From: Squalus acanthias
Lineage: Eukaryota
Assembly: GCA_030390025.1 (NCBI GenBank)
Contig: CM059431.1
Location: forward strand, 104,720,001 to 104,784,000
Length of the DNA: 64,000 nt
Direction of reading: 5' to 3'
In this document: positions 50,148-62,677 of the stretch, one piece after another
Position numbering within the stretch: position 1 is the first letter of the stretch
Layout: each line of letters opens with the position of its first letter
The notes under the pieces: model-generated
What the model saw: the letters and a program-made list of their open reading frames with translations, nothing else
Databases searched by the model: none
Told to the model about the DNA's origin: nothing
Made by a program: the position numbers and the translations under genes

Positions 50148-50879
50148 ATGGCCATCCTATGGCCTCAAACACGCATCCAATGAAGGCCACAGCCCATTCT
50201 GAGGCTTAAACTGAAAATGGACTGCAAATCTTCAGGGCTTTGGTGCTGCCTTGAAGATTCCTCCTCCTTTTGGTGCTACAGTGGGTGTTGACCATCAGCA
50301 CCTCTGCGTTTTTCCACGTGGCAGTGGCAGGCTTCCTCGGTGGCAGGAATTCCATTGGGAGGCTGCTTGGTGTAGCTCATGACTTCCCCCAAACCAGGAA
50401 AGTGGGTCGGGGTAACAGCAAAATCAGGATGGTGTCCTGACTTTTGTCCAGTGGCTAACCTCGAATGGAGGAAAATCCAGGCCTATAGGTTTCCAATAAA
50501 ATTATGATTGCACTTAAGTTGTGCGTGCAGATATTTTTCTTGGCAAGATTTGGAAATTTCTTTCATAAAATGTCACAAATCATATTCGAAGACAATAAAT
50601 ATTCACCTTTGTCTACAGATGCGCGTGTGTGGGGAGCTGTGATTGAGGTAAGAGCACCTCCCATGCAGCCCTACCTGCCTGATACCCCTTCATTCATCAT
50701 CTGCTTCTTCTTCCAAGCACATAAGATATGGGAATTCCCACTGGGCAATCCATTGGTGCCAAAATTGTGCTTTAGCAGAAAAGCTCAAGGGAATCTAAAT
50801 GCCAGTAGAAAATCAACAGTATAACAAATAAAACCATTAAGAAAAGGTTGCAACAGACTTAACTTTACATTACTAAGGA

Positions 50880-52163
50880 AAGGAAGAAAGACTTCCATTT
50901 ATATAGCACCTTTCACAACCTCAGGACGTCCCAAAGCGCTTTACAGACAATGAAGTACTTTTTTGAATTGTCATCACTGTTGTAATGTAGGAAACACGGC
51001 AGCCAATTTGCGAAGATTGAGATAATGATCAGATACTTTGGCCACAATTTTGCAAATGGATGCGGCTTGGGAGTGGGTCAGCTGGTTTCCAGGTTCCAGT
51101 CCCGCCCCCAACTGCATCCGGCCAACGGACATGATTTTACGTCGATTGACCTTGTTAAGCCCGCCAATTAAGAAGAAGCCGGTCAGATGATGTCAGTTGA
51201 TAACGCGTCATCAGCCGGTTTCCTTAAAGGGACCATGCACAATTTTTCTTTGACAGCTCATTTCTCAGTGTTTGACAGCATTGAGGTGCTGCAAACACTG
51301 ACAATGACTGTTCACAGGTGAGCTCTTGCACCCAGGCTCTCCAGTGACTCCCTCCTCAGGCTAGAACAGATGGCAGCTGCAGGTGAGGTTATAGAAGCGG
51401 TCTGTCACTGGTGAGAGAGGTTCTCCCAATGAGGTGGGGCTAGACAGCCAATTCAAAACTTGTTACCGACAGAAAAGTGTAAATGCATTTGAAATGATTT
51501 TCTCAACATTTCCTTAACTCTGAAACTCACCAGTGCACCATTGGATCCTTCACACCACTTCTGCAGCTGTCATCAATGCAGAAACATTACAGCAGACTCA
51601 CAACATGCCACATTTACCTGGCGTGGTGTCCGGACATCGGGAAGCCCGAGGCAGAAGCGGCAAAATTGAAAAAGAGCCTGTTAACAAGTATCAAGTACCT
51701 GTTAACAGGCAGGTAAGTGGCTATAATCCTCTTCCAGCCACTAGGTGTCGGGTGCTTATGCAAATTAGGGACCCGACACTTGGGAAGATTGATTGGAGGC
51801 GGGTTGACAGCGGGTTTCCTGCCCACTGTCAAACTTTGCCATTTTGACTGCGGTCCCGCCTCCAATCCCGCACTCTGAGGATCGGCCTTTGTGTTTCTTG
51901 AGCGATTAAGGGATAAATATTGGCCAGGATACCGGGGATAACCCCCCTGCTCTTCTTCGATATAGTGGCCATGGGATCTTTTACGTCCACCTGAGATGGC
52001 AGACGGGGCCTTGGTTTAAGGTCTCATCCGAAAGACAGCACCTCCGACAGTGCAGCACTCCCTCAGCACTGCACTGGAGTGTCAGCTTAGATTATGTGCT
52101 CACTTGAACCCACAACCTCCTGACTCAGGCGTGAGTGCTACCTCTGAGCCATGACTGATACTG
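50880..52163 (-). mobile_element. Deu-domain SINE split by MITE C
   Basis: 3' part 50880-51039, 5' part 51888-52163. Confidence 0.85.
51040..51887. mobile_element. Harbinger-like MITE family C
   Basis: ggccacaatttt..atcggcc, TSD TTT; homologous to 10496-11352. Confidence 0.85.
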
Positions 52164-52592
52164 TGCCCTTTCCCTGTACTTACCACTGCCGAGCAACCTA
52201 ACAACATGCAGTTGTGTGCAGGACAACCTGCTCAATGAATACTGCAGTCAATAGAAATGAAATTTAGGAGTGATGTATAAAAGATCTCAATATCACCCAT
52301 GTTTTCACTATCGTTGAAAGTAAAAATGACCCCCAAGGAGTTGGAGATGTGAAGCATCAGCGAGAAATGAATCTGGAGAGAGGAGGTCAGAGACTTGGCC
52401 AGTGAAGGTCATTTAAAGAGGTAGATCTCTGTGTTGTTGATGTAGTAAAAAAACATAAAATAATAGAAAAGGACCACAGACCAGCAGAAGAACTAGAACA
52501 AGAAAAGCAGAGAGACTGAGAAGAGAAAAGCAAGAGTAAACTGAGTGCTAAATATAATATAACTTCAAGTTGGAAAAAAAAAGTTATGGCCA

Positions 52593-53636
52593 GAACATAC
52601 GAACATATGAATTAGGAGCAAGAGTTGGCCACTCGGCCCTTCGAGCCTGCTCCGCCATTCAATAAGATCATGGCTGATCCGATTACTCCACATTCCCGCC
52701 TACCCCCGATAACTTTTCACCCCCTTGCTTACCAAGAATCTATCTACCTCTGCCTTAAAAATATTCAAAGACTCTGCTTCCACCGCCCTCTGAGGAAGAG
52801 AGTTCCAAAGACTCACGACACTCTGTGAGAAAAAAATTCTCCTCATCTCTGTCTTAAATGGGTGACCCCTTATTTTTAAACAGTGACCCCTAGTTCTAGA
52901 TTCTCCCACAAGAGGAAACATCCTCTCCACATCCACCCTGTCCACACCCCTCAGGATCTTATATGTTTCAATCAAGTCACCTCTTACTCTGCTAAACTCC
53001 AGCGGATACAAGCCTAGCCTGTCCAACTTTTCCTCATAAGACAACCCGCCCATTCCAGGTATTAGTCTAGTAAACCTTCTCTGAACTGCTTCCAACGCAT
53101 TTACATCCTTCCTTAAATAAGGAGACCAATACTGTACACAGTACTCCAGATGTGGTCTCACCAATGCCCTGTATAACTGAAGCATAACCTCCCTACTTTT
53201 GTATTCAATTCCCCTCGCAATAAACAATAACATTCTATTAGCTTTCCTAATTACTTGCTGTACCTGCATAGTAACCTTTTGCAATTCATGCACTAGGACA
53301 CCCAGATCCCTCTGCATCTCAGAGCTCTGCAATCTCTCACCATTAAGATAATACGCTTCTTTTTTATTCTTCCTGCCAAAATGGACAACTTCACATTTTC
53401 CCACATTATACTCCATTTGCCAGATCTTTGCCCACTCACTTAACCTATCTATATCCCTTTGTAGCCTCCTTATGTACTCTTCACAATTTACTTTCCTACC
53501 TATCTTTGTGTCATCAGCAAATTTAGCAACCATACCTTCGGTCCCTTCATCCAAGTCATTTATATAAATTGTAAAAAGTTGAGGCCCCAGCACTGATCCC
53601 TGTGGCACACCACTCGTTACATCTTGCCAATCAGAA
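52593..53636 (-). mobile_element. Young CR1 LINE, 5' truncated, RT frame uninterrupted
   Basis: ~310 aa open: SGVPQGSVLGP, FADDTK, YNVGKCEVVHFG, LVRPHLEYC, WNSLP. Confidence 0.95.
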
Positions 53637-53644
53637 GAGACAAA

Positions 53645-54045
53645 GAAAAACAACAACAACAATATATATTTATGTAGCACCTTTAATGTAGTAAAACGTC
53701 TCAAGGCGCTTCACAGGGGTGTTATAAAACAAAATTTGACACAGAAGGAGATATTAGGACTAGTGACCAAAAGCTTGGTCAAAGAGGTAGGTTTTAAAGA
53801 GCGACTTAAAGGAGGAGAGAGAGGTAGAGAGGCAGAGAGGTTTAGGCAGGGAATTCCAGAGCTTAGGGCCTAGGCAGCTGACGGCACGGCCGCCAGTGGT
53901 TGAGCGATTATAATCAGGGATGCTCACGAGGGTAGAATTAGCGGAGCGCAGATATCTCGGGGGGGGGGGGGTTGGGGGGCTGGAGGAGATTACAGAGATA
54001 GGGAGGGGCGACGCCATGGAGGGATTTGAAAACAAGGATGAGAAA
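53645..54045 (-). mobile_element. L2 LINE 3' end
   Basis: PDYNRSTTGGRA..LWNSLP..KTYLFDQAFG. Confidence 0.92.
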
Positions 54046-54049
54046 GGCC

Positions 54050-54180
54050 ACTGTTTGGAAGGACATGCTGATCGGGTGGGATGAAGAGGGGTGGGAGGAG
54101 AATCACGTCGAGCATAAACACTGGCGTGGACCAGTTGGGCCAAATGGCCTGTTTCTGTGCTGTAAATTCTATGTAATATA
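54050..54180 (+). mobile_element. CR1 3' tail
   Basis: gagcataaacactggc..ggcctgtttctgtgctgtaaattctatg. Confidence 0.8.
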
Positions 54181-54585
54181 CTTTTGTTTCTTTGATGCAT
54201 TTACACAGGAAAAACAGAGTAAAGATACAGCAAGTTAGAGGACTGCAGAAAAGGTCAGACCTCGAGCAGAATCTTGGACGCACTGTTGGAGACAGCTAAC
54301 ACTTCCTGCTGTGGGGTCCTTGATATACTGAGACAGGCCATAAGTACTTTGTCAATGGAACAATTGTCAGCTGAGATATATATATCTATATATGCATAAT
54401 TATATGTATTCCCAGCAGGCCGAAACTTAGTACAATTCCACCTGTCGAAAGGTTACAATGGAGCTGACTTCATACATTTTGACAGAGAATGGAATTAAAA
54501 CACATTTTAGGGGCAATTACTGTTATTCACATCTATGCTATGCACTAATGGATCTTGCCTGCCTGGAATTGGATTATAAACCTAT

Positions 54586-55250
54586 GGCCAGGAGTTTCCG
54601 CTAGGCTGCGCAGTTTTTTTTTTCAGCGCAAGTAGCCCGAAATAGACCAAACCTGCGTGAAAGATCACATAATTTTAAAGTGCGAGTTACGTCCAGCGCA
54701 AATCCGGTTTCCGCGATCTTTTGCGTTAATTGAAGAAACATTGTGCTAGCAACTGGTCCCGCCCACAAAACTAGCTACGCCCTCCAGATCGAATGACATC
54801 AGATATACGGCACAGAAACAGGCCATTCGGCCCAACCTGTCCATGCCAGCGTTTATGCGCCACACGAGCCACCTCCCGTCTTTCCTCATCTAAATCTATC
54901 AGCATAACTCTTTTTTTTTAGGGAGAAGGGAATAGAGGGTTACGCTGGCGAGTTTCCGCTAATTGCGCCCGTTTGTTGGCCTTCGAGGAAGCTCTAAAAA
55001 TTACGCTGTTTATTTTAGGCACAAGGACACTAATAGGCACGTTTTAAAAGCTATTGAATATGTATATTTTTTAATTTACTAAGAAACTGACTACTGTACA
55101 CCAATGTAACTAGTAAATGGTACTGTATAGTTTTTTAAAGTCATTTTCAGTTATTTAAAATCGGGTTACTCACAGGTGGTGGACTGGACATTCTGATTAA
55201 AAATGCTTATTTTTTTTGTGATAAACCCATTTTCAGCTGCATTAATCAAA
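54586..55250. mobile_element. Probable MITE with small CR1 pieces nested (54795-54945)
   Basis: Starts ggccaggagtttccg; CpG-rich arm then AT-rich core; right end not located. Confidence 0.4.
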
Positions 55251-55264
55251 GTTACCACTCTTAG

Positions 55265-55920
55265 CGCTGAATTTTGCCGGCGCTCAGAGGGCGGATTCAG
55301 AGGCGGGTCTGCTGTCAAAATCCAAATGATTGACAGCGGGGTGGTATCCCGCGCTAAACCCGCCTCCTTGTGAGTTTCCCTAACGCTGGCTCTGCCTGCG
55401 CTTTGCAGACATGGCACTAAGTGGCGGGTCATTCATTTGCGCTAGTTAAGAAGGCGTTTAACGCAATTTAATCACCATTTTACCAGGTACAAAGCATTTT
55501 CCCAAGTTTTCCACGAGGTTCCCGTCACTCGGGGATCACACCAGGTAAGTAGATCGGGTTCTGAACAACTCTCCATTTCATTCAATGGGTGACAGCTGCA
55601 AAAGTGGGATAAAAGCTACCATTTTACAGCTGGTCACTTTCCACTCTCAGAAGCTTCAGCCTTCAGTGTTTGGAACCCACTTTTGAGCTGTATGCACTTT
55701 TGAAGTGTTTGGAGTAATCTCTCTATCCACTGTCACCTCCTTGGAACAACCTATCTCTACACTGACAGATAACTTCTGTCATCTCAACCTCACCTGCCAT
55801 CTATTCCATCAGCATCGGTGCCCTTGAAAAAAATCTCACCTTGGTCCTCAGAATCTCAACACGATCAGCCCCAACACCAGCATCACCATGTCCTCGTCAG
55901 ATGCTGCCAGAAGAACTGAT
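55265..55920. mobile_element. Probable MITE fragment related to families C/D
   Basis: Starts gcgctgaattttgcc; ggaggcggg/cccgcctcc-type subterminal motifs. Confidence 0.45.
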
Positions 55921-56029
55921 AGAATGTAACCAGGGTAGGTAATAAATGATTGTACAGGTTGACATAGAACTCTACAAAAATAGTAAATTAGAATTTAATG
56001 TACAACATCGAGAAAATAGAAAATTAATT

Positions 56030-56499
56030 AAAAAAGACTTGCATTTATATAGAGCCTTTCACAACCAGACATCCCAAAGCACTTTACAATCCAATGAAGT
56101 ACTTTTTGAAGTGTAGTTATTGTTGTAATGTAGGAGACGCAGCAGCCAATTTGTACACAGCAAGCTCCCACAAGCAACAATGTGATAATGACCAGATAAT
56201 CTGTTTTAGATGTTGATTGAGGGATAAATATTGGCCCCAGGACACCGGGGAGAACTCCCCTGGCTCTTCTTCGAAATATTGCCGTGGGATCTTTTACGTC
56301 CACCTGAGAGAGCAGACAGGGCTTCGGTTTAACGTCTCATCCGAAAGACGGCACCTCCGACAGTGCAGCACTCCCTCAGCACTGCACTGGGAGTGTCAGC
56401 CCTAGATTTTTGCGCTCAAGCCTCTGGAGCAGGGCTGGGAACCCACAACCTTCTGACTCAGAGGTAAGAGTGCTACCCACATGAGCCACAGTTGACACT
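56030..56499 (-). mobile_element. Deu-domain SINE, full length
   Basis: Head, Deu core and tail all present. Confidence 0.92.
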
Positions 56500-56727
56500 T
56501 TTAAAAAGTGTGGGAGAAAAGGGCAGGATTCTTATAAAGGCTACATCAAAACCACTGATGATTAAACTACCAGAAATTGAAGAAAAATTCCATTTTATGG
56601 CATTTTCAGTAAACCCTAAAACAAGCACTAATATTTGAGTAATAAAAGCCCTCAAATATTCAGGAGTAGTTCCGCTGCTAGATCATTAAGGTTATACAAC
56701 TTGCAACGGTGAATCTGATTGGAGCTT

Positions 56728-57113
56728 AGGGTTGCCAACTCTGGTTGGCCGTAGTCCTGGAGGTATCATCACATGACCTCCTGCCTCCACCGCCCTGCCC
56801 CCACACTCCTACCATTGGTCACCCAACACGTCCATCCTCACGGTGCCCCGCCTTACCTCACCAATTGGAGAGCGAATAGACTCCTCATTACCCGATTGGA
56901 TGATTCTTGACTGTCAGTCAAAAAGCTTTTTTTTCCCATTGGCCAATATTTTTTTTATCACTGGTAAACAAAAGTGTTTAATTCAAGAAAAAAACTAAAT
57001 TTTTTATTGTGCCTATGATTTTCCGCCAGGGGTTTTCTCACAGCAGTGTGTCCTGGAGATTGATCTTCAATTCCTGGAGATTCCAGGGCAATCCAGGAGG
57101 GTTGGCGACCCCG
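56728..57113. mobile_element. hAT-like MITE
   Basis: TIR tagggttgccaac/gttggcgaccc; repeated tcctggag subterminal motifs; TSD not clear. Confidence 0.6.
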
Positions 57114-57441
57114 AGTGGGCCGGCAGAAGCCCAACATCAAATCTCTCAGCAAAATTAGCTGCGCAGATTCAGTCAAAGACTGGGCAAAAGCTGGTAAAGG
57201 AAAATGTTTGTAGCAGGTAACATAAAACACAACCCAGAAATGTAGTAGAGTCTGAGCAGAATGTGGGAAGACTGATTGAGGGTTGAGCCAGCAGGCGACC
57301 ATGGGGTGAAAGTTGACCTGAGGGAAACAACACAAAAGTGCTGCGACCGGAGTGAGAGTCGCAAAGTGGCAGAGTGCCAAAGGGAAAAAAAAGAGAGGTA
57401 AAAAGGTGGTAGCAGAGAGTCCAGAAACCAGGGAGAGACAT

Positions 57442-58245
57442 ACAACAACGGCAACTTGCATTTATATAGCACCTTAAACAAAGTAAAACGTCCCAAGGAG
57501 CTTCACAGGAGCGATATCAACAAAAATTAGACAACGAGCCACATTAGGAGAAATTAGGGCAGGTGACCAAAAGCTTGGTTAAAGAGGTAGGTTTTAAGGA
57601 TCATCTGAAAGGAGGAAAGAGAGGTAGAGAGGCGGAGAGGTTTAGGGAGAGAATTCCAGAGCTTAGAGCCTTGGCAACTGAAGGCACAGCCACCAATGGT
57701 TGAGCGATTATAATCAGGGATGCTCAAGAGGGCAGAATTAGAGGAGCGCAGACATCTCAGAGGGTTGTAGGGCTGGAGGAGATTACAGAGATAGGGAGGG
57801 TCGAGGCCATGTAGGGATTTGAAAACAAGGATGAGAATTTTAAAATCGAGGTGTTGTTTAACCGGGAGCCAATGTAGGTCAGCGGGCACAGGGGTGAAGG
57901 ATAAACGGGACTTGGTGAGAGTCAGGACATGGGCAGCAGAGTTTTGAATGATCTCAAGTTTACGGAGGGTAAAACGTGGGAGGCCGGCCAGGAGTGCGTT
58001 GGAATAGTCAAGTCCAGAGGTAACAAAGGCATGGACGAGGGTTTCAGCAGCGGATGAGCAGAGACAGGTGCGGAGACGGGCAATGTTATGGAGGTGGTAA
58101 AAGACGGTTTTAGTGATGACACGCAATGTGGTCGGAAGCTCATCTCTGGGTCAAATATGACACCAAGGTTGTGAACAGTCTGGTTCAGCCTCAGACAATT
58201 GCCAGGGAGAGGGATGGAGTCTGTGGCTTGGGAATGGAGTTTGTC
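57442..58245 (-). mobile_element. L2 LINE 3' fragment
   Basis: ORF 57554-58126 HAFVTSGLDYSNALL..LHWLPV. Confidence 0.94.
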
Positions 58246-58734
58246 TCCATTTTATGCCCGTAAAATGGACGCAACACATACTATTTCTTTCCCCAAGTTT
58301 TACTTTCAAACCTCCCAGGGCCATGTTGACAGGGGCAACATCATTTCTCCTTCTACTCAAGATTCATTTGCAACCAGCATTTAGTGCCTACAGGATAACA
58401 TTCATTGAGTGTGGTGCTTTTAGGCATTTCTGAGAATTACGATAAGGCACTATATCCAAGCATGTGTTTTCTTATTTGGTTTTACCTTTTATCTCTATAT
58501 TTTTATTTTAATTGCACAGCCTTGCATTAGAAATTTTGATTAAAGGCACTAATCCCAGAATAAAAATGCACCATTTAGGCATCTGCCAATGTTAACAGCA
58601 TAACTCGGTTTTGACATTTGCAACTTGCATCTGACTTCAGAACATCTTTCGTTCTGATATTTAGGTGACAGTTAATAGCCTGTGGTGTCACCAAACTCAG
58701 AGAGCAAAGGGTCTCAGGATGTCATAGAGTCAAA

Positions 58735-59627
58735 GGGGTAGAAATTAGGTCGCGCCCCATTTGGGGCGCAAATATCGTCTGGACGCAAATATTAGCGCCT
58801 GGCGCTAATTATCGGCACTGACTGGAAACTTCACTTTTACCGCCCCGGGAGGTGAGTGGAGCGCTAAAGCAGGCGCTGCACACCTGTCTTAAGGCGCAAA
58901 GGCCGAGCAGTGAGGCGCTAACTCAGAGCGCTGGCGAAGCTCATGTAATGTCAGTCAGCAATGGAACACACACACAATGGCACGGGCCAGTTCTTAAAGG
59001 GGATGGTTAATCTTGCTTTCCATCCACATCCTGTTCATTGCAGCCTTGAATCTCGGCCTGGAGAGATTTGCACATCAAATGTGCTGGAAAGAACAATGGA
59101 GAGTACCAGGCAAAGAGCTCAGAGTGCAGCTCCCACAGTCTCTGCTAAATCGATACAAGGAATGGCAAATCAAAATGAACCTGCAAAGTGCTGCTCAGTA
59201 CCCAAAACTCCTTCACACAACGTTGAATCTCTCCAGAAGTCTCTCCCTCTCTCTCTCAGAATGCGTAGTTCAAAAATGCCACCAACAATAAAAGACAGGA
59301 AGAGGCCCCCTTTAAATAGCGCCCCCCCCAGCCCCACAGCGATTGATAGCGTTCCAGTCTTCTGGTCGTTGGAAGCGCCAGGCGGTAAGGCAGGGGGCGC
59401 CACTCAATTTCCGCGCCGGGGCGCCACAAGGGCGTTGCACCATGGAATGACGTCACAACCTGCGCGCGCAGGTGGTCGCAGCGGTAAGTTTTAGCGCCGC
59501 CGCACAATGTCAAGTTAAGTTCCCGAGCGGCGCAAACATCGCTGCGCCCGGGCGTTAGCGGCTTTGCGCCCCATTAGCGCCCTCTTAAGGCGCTAACGGG
59601 AGGCGCAACCAACTGAATTTTTACCCC
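58735..59627. mobile_element. Harbinger-like MITE family A (divergent copy)
   Basis: TIR ggggtagaaatt/aatttttacccc; flanks aaa/ata. Confidence 0.88.
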
Positions 59628-59787
59628 ATAGAGTCATAACGGCACAGAAGGAGGCCATTCGGCCCATCGAGTCCGTGCTGGCTCTCTGTAGAGCAATCTA
59701 GTCAGTCCCATTCCCCTGCTCTATCCCCGTAGCCCTGCATGTTTATTTCCATCAAGGGCCTATCCAGTCTCCCCTTGAAAACATTGA

Positions 59788-60668
59788 GGGGGAGAAATTC
59801 AATATCGCCTCATTTGGGGCGCAATTATCGGCCGGGCACAAAGATTAGCGCCTGACGCTAATTATCGCCACCGACTGCAAACTTGACTTTTATCACCCCT
59901 GGAGGTGATTGGAGCGCTAAATCAGGTGCTTCACACCTGTCTTAAGGCGCAAAGGCCGAGGAGCGAGGTGGTACCTCAGAGCGCTGACGAAGCTCATGTG
60001 ATGTCAGTCATCAATGGAAAACACACACAATTGCGCCAGCCAGTTCTTAAAGGGAAGGGTTGATCTTGCTTTCCATCCACATCCTGCTCATTGCAGCCTT
60101 GAATCTCGGTCTGGAGAGACCTGTACATCAAATCTGCTGGAAAGAACAATGGAGAGTACCAGGGAAAGAGCTCAGAGTGCAGCCCCACAGTCTCTTCTAA
60201 ATCGATACAAGGAAGGGCAAATCAAAATGAACCTGCTCAGTACCCAAAACTCCTTCACACAGCGTTGAATCTCTCCAGAAGTCTCTCTCTCTCTCTCTCA
60301 GAATGCGTGGTTCAAAAATGTCACCAACAATAAAAGGCAGGAAGCGGTCGACTTTAAATAGCGCTCCCCCAGTCCCTTTCTGACTGCAAAACGCTCCCCT
60401 CAACCTGTCGTTGCTAGCGGCAGGCGGTAAGGCAGGGGGCGCCACTCAATATCCGCTCCGGGGCACTACCGGGGCGTTGCGCACTCGACTGACGTCACGA
60501 TCTGCCGGCGCAGGAGATCGTGGCGGTAAGTTTAGCGCCGCCGCAAAAAGTCTAGTTAATTTCGCGAGCGGCGCAAACATCGCCGCGCCTGGGCGCTAGA
60601 TGCTTTGCGCCCCATTAGCGCCCTCTTAAGGCGCTAACTGGAGGCGCAACCAACTGAATTTTTACCCC
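59788..60668. mobile_element. Harbinger-like MITE family A
   Basis: TIR gggggagaaattca/tgaatttttacccc, TSD TGA. Confidence 0.92.
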
Positions 60669-60974
60669 TGAGTGTCTCCACTTCCATCACTTCCGTCGGC
60701 AACGAATTCCAGGTCATCACCACATGCTGCGTAAAAAAGTTTTTCCTCACATCCCCCCCTGTATCTCTTGCCCAAAACCTTAAATCTGTGTCCCCTAGTC
60801 CTTGTACCATCAACTAGTGGGAACAGCCTTTCCCCGTCTAGCCTATCCAAACCCCTCATAATCTAACGTCAAGGCTGCAGCGCTTGCTGCGCCGGCGGTT
60901 TCATGGTCATGGTTTTATCTTGTAACAACGCAGGGAATTAATAATGGAACAATCTGATATAATGCTCAGATATA

Positions 60975-61261
60975 GGGGTGACCGCTCGGCTAAGTGGCAG
61001 CGTTCCCGCCCAAGCTCGGCAAGCGCAGGGTTCGATCCTCCGCTCCAGGCAGTCCCAGCTCTGGCTCTGAATTCTGGGTTGAGATCCAGCGGGATACTCG
61101 TGTCTAGTGAGTTTCGGAAGCCCATAAAACCACCTTATCGGCTAGTGTAGAGATGGTTATAGCCATGAAAGGAACTTGCTCTCCAAGGCCTGTCAGACTG
61201 TTAATCAATCTGTGAAAACTGCCACTACCAAGAAAAGGGTGTGAAGTTACCAAAAAAAAAA
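60975..61261 (+). mobile_element. Candidate unclassified tRNA-headed SINE
   Basis: A-box-like tcggctaagtgg (60986), B box ggttcgatcc (61029), ~210 bp body, A10 end. Confidence 0.55.
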
Positions 61262-61320
61262 CAATCAGCTGTCAGGCCTCTTAAATTATAATTCAATCAA
61301 CTTCCCCTCTCAGTTTTTAA

Positions 61321-61730
61321 CATAGATGTGGAGATGCCGGTGTTGGACTCGGGTGGACAAATGTGAGAAGTCGCACAACACCAGGTTATAGTCCAACAGT
61401 TTTATTTGAAATCACAAGCTTTCGGAGCGCTGCTCCTTCGTCAGGTGAAGTGAAGAGATGCATATAGGCACAGCATATATAGTCAGAGAACACTGCCAGA
61501 TGATTACAGTTAATCTTTCTAACTGCCCTTTATCACACCTCGGCGGAGAGATAATCACGGCAATCAAAGGTGTGGATGGTGTCCAAACAGGTCAGTCAGG
61601 AAAACATTACATCAAAGACAATGAGGTGGGGTCACAAGGGGTCAAATGTGGCAGATGCTGGTGTCTGTATGGAAAACAAAACATAGTTTAAACTTGAATT
61701 GGTTCCACACAAACAATCAGGTTCGGGTTA
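61321..61730 (-). mobile_element. Penelope-type element 3' fragment/pLTR (family 1)
   Basis: 61321-61445 homologous to 31920-32045; right boundary uncertain. Confidence 0.75.
61412..61448 (-). ncRNA. Minimal hammerhead ribozyme motif
   Basis: Minus strand ucac-CUGACGA-a-ggagc(agc)gcucc-GAAA-gc-UU-guga; stems I and II fully paired. Confidence 0.75.
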
Positions 61731-61747
61731 GCTCTTGCAGAGAGCCG

Positions 61748-62400
61748 GCCTTGGTGAGATTACACCTGGAGTACTGTGTGCAGTTTTGGTCTCCTTACCT
61801 AAGAAAGGATATACTTGCCATAGAGGGAGTGCAGCGAAGGTTCACCAGACTGATTCCTGGGATGGCAGGACTGTCGTATGGGGAGAGATTGGGTCGACTA
61901 GGCCTGTATTCACTAGAGTTTAGAAGAATGAGAGGGGATCTCATTGAAACATATAAAATTCTGACAGGGCTAGACAGACTGGACGCAGGGAGGATGTTTC
62001 CCCTGGCTGTGGGGGTCTAGAACGAGGAGTCACAGTCTCAGGATACGGGGTAGGACATTTAGGACTGAGATGAGGAGAAATTTCTTCACTCAGAGGGTGG
62101 CGAACCTATGGAATTCTCTACCCCAGAAGGCTGTGGCGGCCAAGTCACTGAATATATTTAAGAAGGAGATAGATAGGTTGCTAGACACAAAAGGCATCAA
62201 GGGGTATGGGGAGAGAGCGGGAATATGGTATTGAGATAGAGGATCAGCCATGATCATATTGAATGGAGGAGCAGGCTCGAAGGGCCAAATGGCCTACTCC
62301 TGCTCCTATTTTTCTATGTTTCTATGTTTATATGTTTCTATGGCATGGGCTCGACAGGCCGAATGGCCTCCTTCTGTGCTGTAACCATTCTATGATTCTA
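61748..62400 (+). mobile_element. CR1 LINE 3' fragment followed by a second CR1 tail
   Basis: LVRLHLEYCVQFWSP..RGDLIETYKIL; (TTTCTATG)n, then a further tail 62340-62400. Confidence 0.92.
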
Positions 62401-62677
62401 ACCACACCTCACACAGCAACTTTTCTGACTTATTAACGGTTAAGGCAGTAAGCAAACCTGAAGAGCAAAATGATATATGGCATGTTAAAAGGCAAGACCT
62501 CCATTGAGAGCACCTACTCTTTGAATGTGAGCCTAAAGATTTGGACCACTTCCAAAGATTTTACACCTACTACAAAAGCAAAATACTGCGGATGCTGGAA
62601 ATCTGAAATAAAAACAGAAAATGCTGGAAATACTCAGCAGGTCAGGCAGCTTCTGTAGCGAAAGAAAAAGAGTTATA

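Larger units (their letters stand above)
58720..60862 (-). mobile_element. CR1 3' end hit by two family A MITEs (pieces 58720-58734, 59628-59787, 60669-60862)
   Basis: Pieces join into one CR1 tail and C-terminal ORF (MRGLDRLDGERLFP..TRGHRFK). Confidence 0.85.

Noticed and set aside
52700..53704. Longest ORF (334 aa) as a functional gene
   Set aside because: 5'-truncated CR1 RT; the apparent N-terminus is read from the adjacent L2 tail
55172..55190. Minus-strand micro-exon (cag|aatgtccagtccaccacct|gtgagt)
   Set aside because: Lies within a probable MITE, has a weak pyrimidine tract, and 19 nt is not frame-preserving
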